Source: Candidatus Saccharimonadota bacterium (lineage in GTDB: Bacteria; Patescibacteriota; Saccharimonadia; Saccharimonadales; AWTP1-31). Taken from it: a stretch of 64,000 nucleotides of DNA. Under the pieces are notes generated by a model that was not told the DNA's origin, made no database searches, and saw only the letters and a program-made list of their open reading frames with translations. Numbering within the stretch: position 1 is the stretch's first letter; the number at the start of each line of letters is the position of its first letter. This document shows, piece by piece, positions 28,438 to 37,530 of the stretch. The position numbers and the translations under genes were made by a program. The stretch is taken from contig RXKC01000003.1 of assembly GCA_003962975.1 (NCBI GenBank), positions 156,381 through 220,380 of the forward strand, read 5' to 3'.

Positions 28438-30147
28438 ATGCATTCGTCGGTCTTTAATGAGATTAGCCTTGTCATAGCACTGGGAGCAGCTATTGCTCTA
28501 TTTATGCGTGCCCTGCGTCAGCCCCTCATTATTGGCCATATTCTGACTGGTATTTTGGCAGGGCCAACGGTTTTTGGACTTATCCATGCCGATGCTTCAT
28601 TCAGTGGTCTATCCGACATGGGCGTAGCGCTGTTGCTATTCATTATTGGATTAGATCTGAGTCTTAAGTCGTTTTCACGGGTCGGTAAGGCAGTGTTTAC
28701 GACAGCTCTGGTGCAAATTAGTACTATTACGGCACTGGGATATGCCAGCGGTAGACTGCTGGACTACGGCAAGACCGAATCGTTAGTAGTGGGACTTGGG
28801 CTAGCCATGAGTAGTACCATCATTATCGTTAAGCTTCTTAATGATAAGAAAGAGACGACCCGCCTGTATGCACAAATTGCCATAGGTGTATTGCTGTTAC
28901 AAGATGTGGTGGCCACCGTTGCCAAGATAGGTCTGGCTGCAAAGTCACACAAGGGAGATACCCTAACTACCCTTGTGCAGCTTGGTGTACGCGGTATCAG
29001 CCTGATCGTTTTGTTATATGTACTGGTAAAGTATGTGGTGCCACGGCTTACAAAAGCACTGGAGAGAAGCAAAGAACTACTTCTCCTATTCTCTCTCGGT
29101 TGGGGTCTAGGTTTTGCTCTCTTGTTTACAAAGGCTGGCTTTTCAATCGAAATAGGCGCCCTATTCGCCGGCGTCAGTCTTGCCGGCCTCCCATATAGTA
29201 GCGAGATGGCATCACGACTAAAACCGTTGCGTGACTTTTTCTTAGTTATTTTCTTTATTACCTTGGGTCAAACTATGGCTCCAGGCAAACTCAGTCAGGT
29301 CGTATTGCCGGCGATCGCACTCAGCTTAATTGTGATCATCATCAAACCACTGACTGTTTTGGTCAGCATGGGGGGATTGGGATACACCAAACGCGCCAGC
29401 TTTAAGGCAGCTGTCGCCATGAGTCAGGTCAGTGAATTCTCCTTAGTATTCCTGGCTGCTGCCGTTGCTTCTGGGTATGTGCGCGACGAAGTTTCGGCTA
29501 CGCTCACCCTGACTGCACTTATCACCTTTGCCGTATCAGCCTATCTGATCAAGTACGATAACGTTTTGTACACTAAGCTCGAAAAACACTTGCGACTATT
29601 TGAGCGCAAAATGACTATGGTCGAGCATCGCGGCGGCTCTACAAACTATCCAATCGTGTTATTCGGCTACCGAAAAGGTGGGCATGAGTTTATAAAAACG
29701 TTCCGCAATATGGAAAAGAAGTTTGTAGTTGTCGATTATGACCCAGAAAACATTGATAACCTTGAACGTCAGCAAGTGAACTATTTGTATGGTGATGCGA
29801 CCGACCCAGAGCTGTTGGATGAACTTAACTTATCCAAATCTAAGCTGGTTGTTTCAACCATTGCAGACCGCGAAACCAACCACTTTTTAGCACATTGGTT
29901 GAACACACATAATCCTAGTGCTGTGTTTGTGTGCTCTTCTGACAGAGCAGAACATGCCACCGAGTTATACGCAGAGGGTGCAGCGTATGTGATGATGCCG
30001 CACTATATTGGTAGCGAAAAGATCAGTACCTTTATACGGCGTAACGGACTTAACAAATCTGAATTTAAAGCCTACCGTGAAAAGCATCTGATTGATCTGC
30101 AAACCCATATCGACAAACACCTGGTAGACCCAGAAAACGAAGAGTAA
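28438..30147 (+). CDS. CPA2 cation:proton antiporter (Kef-type) with C-terminal TrkA-N/RCK domain
   Basis: 569 aa. About 12 TM segments of Na+/H+ exchanger type, then a Rossmann-like IVLFGYRKGGHEF...VVDYDPE segment. Confidence 0.85.
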   Translation: MHSSVFNEISLVIALGAAIALFMRALRQPLIIGHILTGILAGPTVFGLIHADASFSGLSDMGVALLLFIIGLDLSLKSFSRVGKAVFTTALVQISTITALGYASGRLLDYGKTESLVVGLGLAMSSTIIIVKLLNDKKETTRLYAQIAIGVLLLQDVVATVAKIGLAAKSHKGDTLTTLVQLGVRGISLIVLLYVLVKYVVPRLTKALERSKELLLLFSLGWGLGFALLFTKAGFSIEIGALFAGVSLAGLPYSSEMASRLKPLRDFFLVIFFITLGQTMAPGKLSQVVLPAIALSLIVIIIKPLTVLVSMGGLGYTKRASFKAAVAMSQVSEFSLVFLAAAVASGYVRDEVSATLTLTALITFAVSAYLIKYDNVLYTKLEKHLRLFERKMTMVEHRGGSTNYPIVLFGYRKGGHEFIKTFRNMEKKFVVVDYDPENIDNLERQQVNYLYGDATDPELLDELNLSKSKLVVSTIADRETNHFLAHWLNTHNPSAVFVCSSDRAEHATELYAEGAAYVMMPHYIGSEKISTFIRRNGLNKSEFKAYREKHLIDLQTHIDKHLVDPENEE

Positions 30148-30149
30148 TA

Positions 30150-30779
30150 TCAGCGGAGAGTTTTCTTATTTGCCGTCGCAACATCATGGTATAGCCAATG
30201 CTTGCGGATATACGCAGCTACGCTCGGCAACAAACCCTCAACCGACTGCTGCGTCATGACTGCCTGGCGAATACTCGCAGATGACACGATCGGATGATGG
30301 TTGTGGACAATATGAAAGCCTTTGGGCTGTACCGGCAAACCAACGCGGTGGTCCTGTATTTGCTGATCTGTTTCTGTGGTACGTACCGATACTGCCAGCT
30401 CTACTTCACTAAGTAGATACTCCACATGCGGCCATTGTTCAGAGTGTTCAGCCAGGTGTCCAAACAAGTCAGAGCCTAATAACAGCACTAACGTATCATC
30501 AGGAAACTTTGTGCGTAACCTGGCCATAGTGTTTTTGGGCAGGAAGTATTTATCTGGTAACTCCAGGACTCCTAGTTTTGGCTGCGAACGGACAGCAAGC
30601 TGTAGCATAGCCAAGCGATGCGCAATGTGAGTCACATGCGGTTTGCGGCGCGGCTTAATTTCTGGGGCAAAATAAACCTTATCTAATTTGGCTGTTTTAG
30701 CAGCCTCCAAAGCAAAAGCTATGTGCCCTTTATGCACTGGATCAAAACTCCCGCTAAAAATTCCTATGCGCTTAATCAT
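30150..30779 (-). CDS. nadD: nicotinate-nucleotide adenylyltransferase
   Basis: 209 aa. GIFSGSFDPVHKGHI (HxGH) and SSASIRQAV...LLPSVAAYIRKHWLY (ISST-type motif). Confidence 0.85.
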   Translation of the reverse strand: MIKRIGIFSGSFDPVHKGHIAFALEAAKTAKLDKVYFAPEIKPRRKPHVTHIAHRLAMLQLAVRSQPKLGVLELPDKYFLPKNTMARLRTKFPDDTLVLLLGSDLFGHLAEHSEQWPHVEYLLSEVELAVSVRTTETDQQIQDHRVGLPVQPKGFHIVHNHHPIVSSASIRQAVMTQQSVEGLLPSVAAYIRKHWLYHDVATANKKTLR

Positions 30780-32095
30780 GCAGCTCGTACCAGCTCATCG
30801 ATACCCTGCACAAAGTCAGATTTTGCTAGTTTACCTCTGTGCATCAATGTTAATAGCGGTATCTGGGCTGCTCCCATAAGCTGCCGACCGCGGCGACCTA
30901 TGCCACGGAATTGGTCGTGGTCAGCAAGAACCTCGGGGCTAAAATAGGCAACTGCTAAGGCGCCCATGGTAGCGTCATACACCGTCTTGCCGTCGCGGCC
31001 TTCTTGTCCCGTCACAAACTGACGTCGTCTTTCTCCGTGGCGCCATGCAATCAAGGGATTCATTCCGTGCAATTGCAAATTAGTGTTTAATGACCACCCC
31101 GGAGGGATAACACAAGTCCTGTTATGCAAGTCGACTACACGCGCGCTATATCTGCCCGAATCGACAGCTTTGGCATCGTCCCAAGTAGATTGCAGATCTT
31201 CTCCATAGTAAAGTCTGTTGTATGCATACTCCTTACCATCGACAGTCAAAGGAAGGAACAGATCATCCGCAATTTGACCGTACAAATCAACCTGGAACAG
31301 ATCTTTAAATATAAATGCCGTGGCTTCGGCTAACCAGGCACGTTTGCGTGGCAAATCCCACTCGGTAAACTGTCTTACGACTTTTGAGCGTGGCCATTCG
31401 AGAGCTACTTTCAACCTCTTTGCTCGATCCTCACGAAAACGGCTACTCAATCGTTCGTCAGCATCTGGTATGCCTAAAATTTCCAGAGCCTCAACTGCCT
31501 CGCCCCACTTACCGTGCTTAAAACTCAGCATACCTGTAGTGGCATCAACATCCCAATCACTGCGAACAACTTCAAGGTCTGCTATAGCGTATACACCATC
31601 TAGAGAGTCAGGGCTTTCCAGTACTACACCGATTTCTGGCTGTTCACGCGCTTGGAGCGCCCGAATAAAGTCGTCGCCACTCTCTCTAAACTCATCCCAG
31701 GGTGGTCCAATAGCTGCATGCCTATTAATAAGTCTTTCTGCTTCCTTGCTTCGTTCTCCATTTCTTAAACCATATACAAGAAGCCAGTCATCGATCGTGC
31801 CAAAGATCGCGTCCTTGTGTGAACCAGCATATTGAGAATCGCTGCCAAAAGGAGCTATGTGATTGAGCAATCGTAACAAACGCTCTCCCCTCATTGGTTC
31901 TTGTCTAACATTTACGTCGGTCCGCAGACCAAGCTCATCCTCGCTTATCCAAACATCAAGAGGTGCATGTAAGTAATCAACATTCTCTGGCTCAGTAAAG
32001 TCTTGCCCCGTGAGTTCATGGGCGGTGGTACGGGCGACCCACATGGCATCCTCTGGCAGATGGGCAGGTCTTTGTACTACTTCTAAGTCTGGCAT
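30776..32095 (-). CDS. hypothetical 439-aa acidic soluble protein
   Basis: Long ORF with no recognisable family. 4-nt overlap with nadD. Own TGaTACACT box 6 nt upstream of the ATG. Confidence 0.65.
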   Translation of the reverse strand: MPDLEVVQRPAHLPEDAMWVARTTAHELTGQDFTEPENVDYLHAPLDVWISEDELGLRTDVNVRQEPMRGERLLRLLNHIAPFGSDSQYAGSHKDAIFGTIDDWLLVYGLRNGERSKEAERLINRHAAIGPPWDEFRESGDDFIRALQAREQPEIGVVLESPDSLDGVYAIADLEVVRSDWDVDATTGMLSFKHGKWGEAVEALEILGIPDADERLSSRFREDRAKRLKVALEWPRSKVVRQFTEWDLPRKRAWLAEATAFIFKDLFQVDLYGQIADDLFLPLTVDGKEYAYNRLYYGEDLQSTWDDAKAVDSGRYSARVVDLHNRTCVIPPGWSLNTNLQLHGMNPLIAWRHGERRRQFVTGQEGRDGKTVYDATMGALAVAYFSPEVLADHDQFRGIGRRGRQLMGAAQIPLLTLMHRGKLAKSDFVQGIDELVRAA

Positions 32096-32157
32096 GTTAC
32101 CAGTGTATCAGTCGGCACTTTGGAAAGCATAAGCCGCCCAGTTATTGCCATTGATAA

Positions 32158-33687
32158 CTAGCTTGTTCCTTTGGTTGCTCGCTTAGTCTCTTTCGCGCCG
32201 CACATTTTATTTGTGCATCGCTTCTGGACTTCTGAAGCATTATGCAAATACAGTATGGATTTCTTGCCGCAACCTTTGCAAGCTCGTTCAAGATCTTTAT
32301 TTACCTTATAACCCAAGGTCGACTCAATACCCAGTTCTTTCATTTGTTGACTAGTCAGCTCGACTTCCTCGAGCCCACATGAACGTCCTTCACAAAAACG
32401 TACAGTCGACGCGGTCAGCTCAACCTGTACGCGTCGCTCGTCCGCCTCTGCGTACAGACCCAATGACATCAGGTGGGCAACCTCTGTATATCCCTGGGCT
32501 GTTTTCGCATCAAAGATAACCGCGGCTTTATATGGATCCTGCCTGGCAACGCTGTGTAACTCTTTGGTAACGTGATCTTGCACCATTTTTTGCGCCACCC
32601 AGTGATCGACACCGGCCATTTCCCAATCAATCAGCTGCTCGCGCAAGCGGCGGGCGCGCATGGCTTGCTGTTCTTGCTTGTTTTCAGATTGCTGAGCAAA
32701 CAGCGCGTAGTCAATCGGACTAATCGTCCTGTCGGCATCAACCGGCATACCCATAAAGATTGTGTGGCCACTTGCCTGGCTCGCCAGCATATCAAGCAGT
32801 TCAACAAACTCTAAGATATCAAAATCACCTTCGGTAACAATCTGGGTTCCATGAATTGCAGTTTTGTCGAGCATGCTGCCTGATTCTGTGACGCCCATGA
32901 TTTGATAGGCCTCATTTACAATTTCGTTCGTGATATGAATGCCAGGTAAGGCAACTTGCATCTCGTATCGCTTACCATGTGCACGGTCAAACCGCACACC
33001 ACGAATCATCATTTTCTCAATCTCGGGCACTTCACCACCAAAATCACCGTCTGGCTTGCGCTTGTAAAGCTCAATGGACTCGTCACTACACTGCGAGGTG
33101 GTTATAACACTTACTTCATCTTTGACAGGCTTAATTTCTATACCGCTGCCCATGATGAGTTTTCCAATCGTGCGATAGGTACCACTTTCTTCTACTTTTT
33201 CGTTGCTACGACGAAGCTTTTGTTCGTGCGTGGCAACTGCAGAAATGCCATTATCTGTGATCTCGGATAGACTCTGCCCATGCGAAAAGAAGTCTTGATA
33301 CTCAAAGTCCCATTGCTGTTCAATCTCCGGGAAAACTTCAGCCGCCAGCTTACTTTCGGCCTCGGCGTACAGTCGTCGACAGTCAAGATCAAGCCCGTCC
33401 CGTAGTGTCTGGGCGATCATACTGTCTTTGCCATAGGTCTTGCAGGCCTCGACATACTTGGAAGCCGTACCTAGAGCATCGGCTGCCGGACGCACTTGGT
33501 CGAAGTCTCCAGCTCTAAGTGGTTCCATCGCCTGATCGAGCAAAAAATCAGCAGCAATACGCTCAAATGCGCGAGACTCTGCTAATTCGGGAATCTCATC
33601 TGCAGAAATAAACCGTTGCCCTACTGCCTCTATAGGCATGAGCGACGACTCTATCCTGCGTGTTTGTTCTGCGGCTGCTACGGCCAT
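32158..33687 (-). CDS. hypothetical 509-aa protein with C-terminal Cys-pair (zinc-ribbon-like) region
   Basis: Long ORF. C-terminus reads CEGRSC...CKGC...CTNKMC. Preceded by the cobalamin-riboswitch-like leader. No family recognised. Confidence 0.65.
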   Translation of the reverse strand: MAVAAAEQTRRIESSLMPIEAVGQRFISADEIPELAESRAFERIAADFLLDQAMEPLRAGDFDQVRPAADALGTASKYVEACKTYGKDSMIAQTLRDGLDLDCRRLYAEAESKLAAEVFPEIEQQWDFEYQDFFSHGQSLSEITDNGISAVATHEQKLRRSNEKVEESGTYRTIGKLIMGSGIEIKPVKDEVSVITTSQCSDESIELYKRKPDGDFGGEVPEIEKMMIRGVRFDRAHGKRYEMQVALPGIHITNEIVNEAYQIMGVTESGSMLDKTAIHGTQIVTEGDFDILEFVELLDMLASQASGHTIFMGMPVDADRTISPIDYALFAQQSENKQEQQAMRARRLREQLIDWEMAGVDHWVAQKMVQDHVTKELHSVARQDPYKAAVIFDAKTAQGYTEVAHLMSLGLYAEADERRVQVELTASTVRFCEGRSCGLEEVELTSQQMKELGIESTLGYKVNKDLERACKGCGKKSILYLHNASEVQKRCTNKMCGAKETKRATKGTS

Positions 33688-33861
33688 AAAAATACCCTCG
33701 TCTTCCGTCAGAATGCGAGGGCCAAAAAACTAGCGCTGCTCCTGCTCGGAAGTCTTTATCGCTAGATCGGACTTATCTACTTTTCGTAGCTTACCGTTGC
33801 GGCACAGTGCAGGATTTTCACCTGTCTTCCAGCATTTTGTTTGTTAAGTGCTAGTAGTGTA
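33688..33861 (-). promoter_or_regulatory. cobalamin (B12) riboswitch-like element, short form, with SD-sequestering hairpin
   Basis: Minus-strand core at 33789-33830 reads GGAAGACAGGTGAAAATCCTGCACTGTGCCGCAACGGTAAGC. This matches the conserved cobalamin core as I remember it: GGGAAnnnGGTGnAAnTCCnnnnCnGnnCCCGCnACnGTnA. It is followed by a CTAC-GAAAA-GTAG hairpin and AAGTCCGA (start of the B12 box, rAGYCMG). The CCCTCG/CGAGGG hairpin (33695-33721) covers the GAGGG SD. A TGaTACACT promoter lies at 33856-33864. Confidence 0.6.
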
Positions 33862-33896
33862 TCACGTGCTGCTTACGCTATATGTAGTACTTTTTA

Positions 33897-34703
33897 CTAG
33901 AATGCCAGCACGATCAAAATGACTACGCCAGCGATGATTCGGTAGTAAGCAAAGGGCTTAAAATTATTGCTGGCCACATAACGGAGTAACCAATTAATAG
34001 CTAGTAGCGCTGATACAAAAGACACCACCACACCCGTCAATAATGCCGTCGAGCCACCGCTGATCTGACTGATCTTGTCGCCTTCTTTTACCAGTTTATA
34101 GGTACCCGCCAAGACAATAATTGGGATGCTCAGATAAAACGAGAAAGCCGTTGCCGTTACCCTATCTAAACCGCTGAGCAGACCCCCCATAATAGTTGCG
34201 CCAGACCGCGAGACGCCAGGAATGAGAGCGGCTATCTGGTACAGTCCAACTTTAATAGATTGGGTCATGGTAAGGTGCTCAAACTGAGGACGAGATTTTG
34301 AGGCTTTTGCAGTGTGTTTTGTCTCGATCAGCCATATGATGCAGCCACCTATGATCAAAGATATAGCTACACTTTTTACTGTCACAAAACGCTCCAGCGC
34401 ATCGTTGAACAGTAGGCCAATCACGCCCGCCGGAATTGTGGCAACAATCCAGTTGCGCCAGAAGAACAATGTCTTTTTCTCACCCCGCAGCGCGCCAGCT
34501 GTTTTTTCGAATAGATCCTGGCGGTAGTGCCAGATTACGGCCGCAATGGCTCCCATTTGGCAGACAACCGTAAATAACTCAGCCACATCTTTATAGCCAA
34601 TAAGATCTTGGGCAACAATCAAGTGGCCAGTGCTAGATATTGGCAAAAATTCGGTAAGCCCTTCGACAATCCCGAGCAGTATGGCCTGAATAATTTCAAT
34701 CAT
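33897..34703 (-). CDS. uppP: undecaprenyl-diphosphate phosphatase
   Basis: 268 aa. GIVEGLTEFLPISSTGHL and PGVSRSGATI are canonical UppP/BacA motifs. Confidence 0.92.
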   Translation of the reverse strand: MIEIIQAILLGIVEGLTEFLPISSTGHLIVAQDLIGYKDVAELFTVVCQMGAIAAVIWHYRQDLFEKTAGALRGEKKTLFFWRNWIVATIPAGVIGLLFNDALERFVTVKSVAISLIIGGCIIWLIETKHTAKASKSRPQFEHLTMTQSIKVGLYQIAALIPGVSRSGATIMGGLLSGLDRVTATAFSFYLSIPIIVLAGTYKLVKEGDKISQISGGSTALLTGVVVSFVSALLAINWLLRYVASNNFKPFAYYRIIAGVVILIVLAF

Positions 34704-34737
34704 TGTTATCAGTATACGTCTATACCGCGCTTACCGG

Positions 34738-35211
34738 CTACTTGTCTGCTGGATTCACTGATTTGTCTTTAAGCGTACTGAGGCGAGGAATAAAAGAGTG
34801 AGCCGCCCCATCCAGACCAAGCACCTTTAGTGCACCGACCAACACATACAAACTATCCAACTGTTCAGGGGCTGGTCGTGGCGATTGCTCGAGCTCACTA
34901 AAATGTCGCTCTATTTGTTTTACAAGCCACTTTTCTTGGCTGGCAGTTACTTGGTTGCCTGTTATTTTGGGCGCTTCACCGGGGTTAACGACTTCGATTG
35001 ATCTAGCCGAGTGGTCTCGTTTGCGCAAGTGACCTCGGGTTATCAGGCTGTTGACGTGCAACGACACGGTAGCAACCGAAGTATAATTAAGCCCCTTCAT
35101 GATTTCACGGTAGCTGGGACTATAGCCATGCGCGCCAATAAACTCCTCTATATATGTCAGGATTTCACGCTGTTTTTTAGTAGGTCTAATGGTTGTTTCT
35201 ACTTCTGCCAT
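34738..35211 (-). CDS. LexA-type DNA-binding-domain protein lacking the S24 peptidase domain
   Basis: 157 aa. KKQREILTYIEEFIGAHGYSPSYREIMKGLNYTSVATVSLHVNSLITRGHLRK fits the LexA N-terminal wHTH. The C-terminal half has no GDSM or Ser/Lys dyad motifs. Confidence 0.7.
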   Translation of the reverse strand: MAEVETTIRPTKKQREILTYIEEFIGAHGYSPSYREIMKGLNYTSVATVSLHVNSLITRGHLRKRDHSARSIEVVNPGEAPKITGNQVTASQEKWLVKQIERHFSELEQSPRPAPEQLDSLYVLVGALKVLGLDGAAHSFIPRLSTLKDKSVNPADK

Positions 35212-35213
35212 GA

Positions 35214-35663
35214 CTAAACCGTTGCATGTCGCTTATGACGATGAGTGTGCTCTGGGAATACCCAAAATCGATACCAGAAATAGTTCCAGACAGTAAAGAA
35301 GCCTGCTGAGCCAAACTGACCAATATATGGTGTAATGCCGGCTGACTGTAAGGCTGCCACAATAATATAATCAAGTAGGAAGTTAACTAATGTTATAAAA
35401 ATGTAGCGTTCGGTGACCTGGGTCTGGTGCTTACTGAGACGCTTACTATTAAAGACCCAATAGCGCTGCAAAAGATAATTTACAATCCAACCACTGATAT
35501 TTGCAGTTAGTTTAGCCCACCATAAATCCCAACCGAAACCTTTGTCGGCAATGAAGAAAACGACGTAGCCTGTCCAAAAAAAGGCGCCACCACTGACCAT
35601 GTATTCAGCAAACTGAATCGCCTGTCGTCGCTGCTTTTTAGTGAGTTTTTTGGCACGTTTCAT
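35214..35663 (-). CDS. GtrA-family membrane protein (putative polyprenyl-P-sugar flippase)
   Basis: 149 aa, 4 TM segments. MVSGGAFFWTGYVVFF...LLQRYWVFN is typical GtrA. Confidence 0.8.
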   Translation of the reverse strand: MKRAKKLTKKQRRQAIQFAEYMVSGGAFFWTGYVVFFIADKGFGWDLWWAKLTANISGWIVNYLLQRYWVFNSKRLSKHQTQVTERYIFITLVNFLLDYIIVAALQSAGITPYIGQFGSAGFFTVWNYFWYRFWVFPEHTHRHKRHATV

Positions 35664-35787
35664 ATTGACTTGGTATGTTTGTTTTTTGTACTAACGTAAC
35701 TACAGTATATCAGATTCGTGCTACCTCTGTTAATAAGCGTGTCTTTCAGCCAATTTTCAGTGTTTTTTGTGGTATACTTTGCTACAT

Positions 35788-37521
35788 ATGCCCGAAACAA
35801 ACCGCTTCAAAAAAAGACGGGCGTCAGGTACTCATAATTCAGTAGACGGTTTCGTACCCCGACGCACTCAACAACTCCCTGGACCGCAGTATTATCGGCC
35901 GGCCAGTACCTTATCTGGTGCACCTAGACGACCGATTGCAAACCACCGCCGACCTATTGACGCTGAGTCACAAATTGCCAAAGAACCAGTTGGCCCCGTA
36001 AGTAGTATTGGCAACTTTGACCAGGAAGAAATTGATGTGTTTGACGACCAATTAGCAGCTCCACCCAACCGATCACGCCAACGTGGCCGTAAACGTGGCG
36101 ACAAAGAAAAGAAAAAACCAGGACGCATCCGCAGATGGTGGAAAAATCGATCTCGGAAGTTTAAGGTCTTCTTTATCCTCGGAATTATTGCGTTGGTGCT
36201 CGGCGGTCTTTTAGGTTATCGGCTTTATAACTTCCTCAACTCAGTCTTTGGTCGCGGCATTGGCAACAGCAGCTCAGCAGCCTTGAATGATAATGTTCGA
36301 CCAGAAGACCTCAATACCGAAGGCGACGGCCGCCTGAATGTCCTACTGCTTGGCCGTGGTGGCGCCGAGAACGAAGCACCTGACCTTACCGACACCCTGC
36401 TGATCGCCAGCATCGACCTACAAAACAAATCTACCGCCCTGCTGAGTATTCCTCGAGATACCTATGTGGACGAAGGCAGCGACAACTACAAGATCAATGG
36501 CGTCTTTAGTCGCGCCAAAGAACAGGCTTTGTATAACGACAAAGACTTGGCCGCAGCAGAAGATGAAGGAATCAAGGCTACGATTGCAGCCATACGTAAT
36601 GTCACTGGCGTGCCTATTCATAAATATGCTCTCACCGACTATAAAGCCTTCCGGGATGTTGTTAATGCACTGGGTGGTGTAGACGTGACTGTGCCCGAAA
36701 CAATTTACGACGGCTTCACTGGCTGGCGCTTCCAGGCAGGACCACAGACGATGAATGGCGATAAAGCATTGCAATATGCGCGCACTCGCCATGGAAGTGC
36801 ACGCGGCGACTTTGACCGTACCGAAAACCAACGTCGTTTGCTGGTTGGCATGCGCAAGAAAGCTACCAGCGCCGGCATTGTAGCCAACCCTGTACGACTC
36901 AATAGCTTAGCGAACGCCGTACAAAAGAACATTCGCACTGACCTATCACTGGACGAAGCTCGTGCCGTCTTTGACAAAACCAAGGACATGCTCGACAACA
37001 ATATTAAGTCGCTTGATCTTGCCAAAGATGGTGAAGCCCTCATGACCACCGGCCAAGCCGCTGGGCAGTCGATTGTGCGACCAGTGCTAGGCCTCACAGA
37101 CAACACCGAGATCCGTGCCTTTGCCCGCACTAATATGATAGATCCTTTCCTGCGCAAAGAAGCACCTACCATAGCTGTATATAACGGCAGCGAGCGAGAA
37201 GGTGTAGCTACCTTTGTGGGTGATGTTATGACCGGCTATGGCTATAAGGTACTCGAGAAAGAATCGGCCAAAGAAAGCCAAACCAAGACCATGATCATTA
37301 AGGTCAACAAAGACGCCGATAAGTCATTTACCGAAAGATTTTTGACCGTTCGTTTTGGAACAGTCATCGGTACCAACCTACCTGGCAACGTACTGCCGCT
37401 AGAGAGCAAGATAACCACCACCGCACCAGCCAGCAACAGTACAACTGCTAGCAAACCTCGCCCAGACTACATCATCATCCTCGGTTCTGACTGGACATCA
37501 AAATCTGGTCCTACCTGGTAG
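35788..37521 (+). CDS. LytR-CpsA-Psr (LCP) family glycopolymer ligase with LytR_C-like C-terminal domain
   Basis: ORF 35767-37521 trimmed to ATG 35788. Basic disordered N-terminus and one TM segment. LNVLLLGRGG...DTLLIASIDLQNKSTALLSIPRDTYV LCP core. Confidence 0.85.
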   Translation: MPETNRFKKRRASGTHNSVDGFVPRRTQQLPGPQYYRPASTLSGAPRRPIANHRRPIDAESQIAKEPVGPVSSIGNFDQEEIDVFDDQLAAPPNRSRQRGRKRGDKEKKKPGRIRRWWKNRSRKFKVFFILGIIALVLGGLLGYRLYNFLNSVFGRGIGNSSSAALNDNVRPEDLNTEGDGRLNVLLLGRGGAENEAPDLTDTLLIASIDLQNKSTALLSIPRDTYVDEGSDNYKINGVFSRAKEQALYNDKDLAAAEDEGIKATIAAIRNVTGVPIHKYALTDYKAFRDVVNALGGVDVTVPETIYDGFTGWRFQAGPQTMNGDKALQYARTRHGSARGDFDRTENQRRLLVGMRKKATSAGIVANPVRLNSLANAVQKNIRTDLSLDEARAVFDKTKDMLDNNIKSLDLAKDGEALMTTGQAAGQSIVRPVLGLTDNTEIRAFARTNMIDPFLRKEAPTIAVYNGSEREGVATFVGDVMTGYGYKVLEKESAKESQTKTMIIKVNKDADKSFTERFLTVRFGTVIGTNLPGNVLPLESKITTTAPASNSTTASKPRPDYIIILGSDWTSKSGPTW

Positions 37522-37530
37522 AATAAGGAT

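Noticed and set aside
31320-31835. 171-aa plus-strand ORF, together with similar antisense ORFs at 11609-12055, 14352-14747, 18145-18630, 36705-37172, 52369-52881 and 54607-55065.
   Set aside because: All lie antisense to longer ORFs that have clear family motifs or coherent composition. Their own translations are Ser/Arg/Pro-rich and carry no start signals.
32158-33687. The 509-aa riboswitch-controlled protein as an anaerobic ribonucleotide reductase (NrdD-like), based on its C-terminal Cys pairs and a TLGY motif.
   Set aside because: The order of the Cys pairs relative to the Gly motif is wrong. There is no RxxGY glycyl-radical context and no catalytic Cys-loop motifs. The protein is too short, and the neighbouring gene lacks a radical-SAM CxxxCxxC motif.
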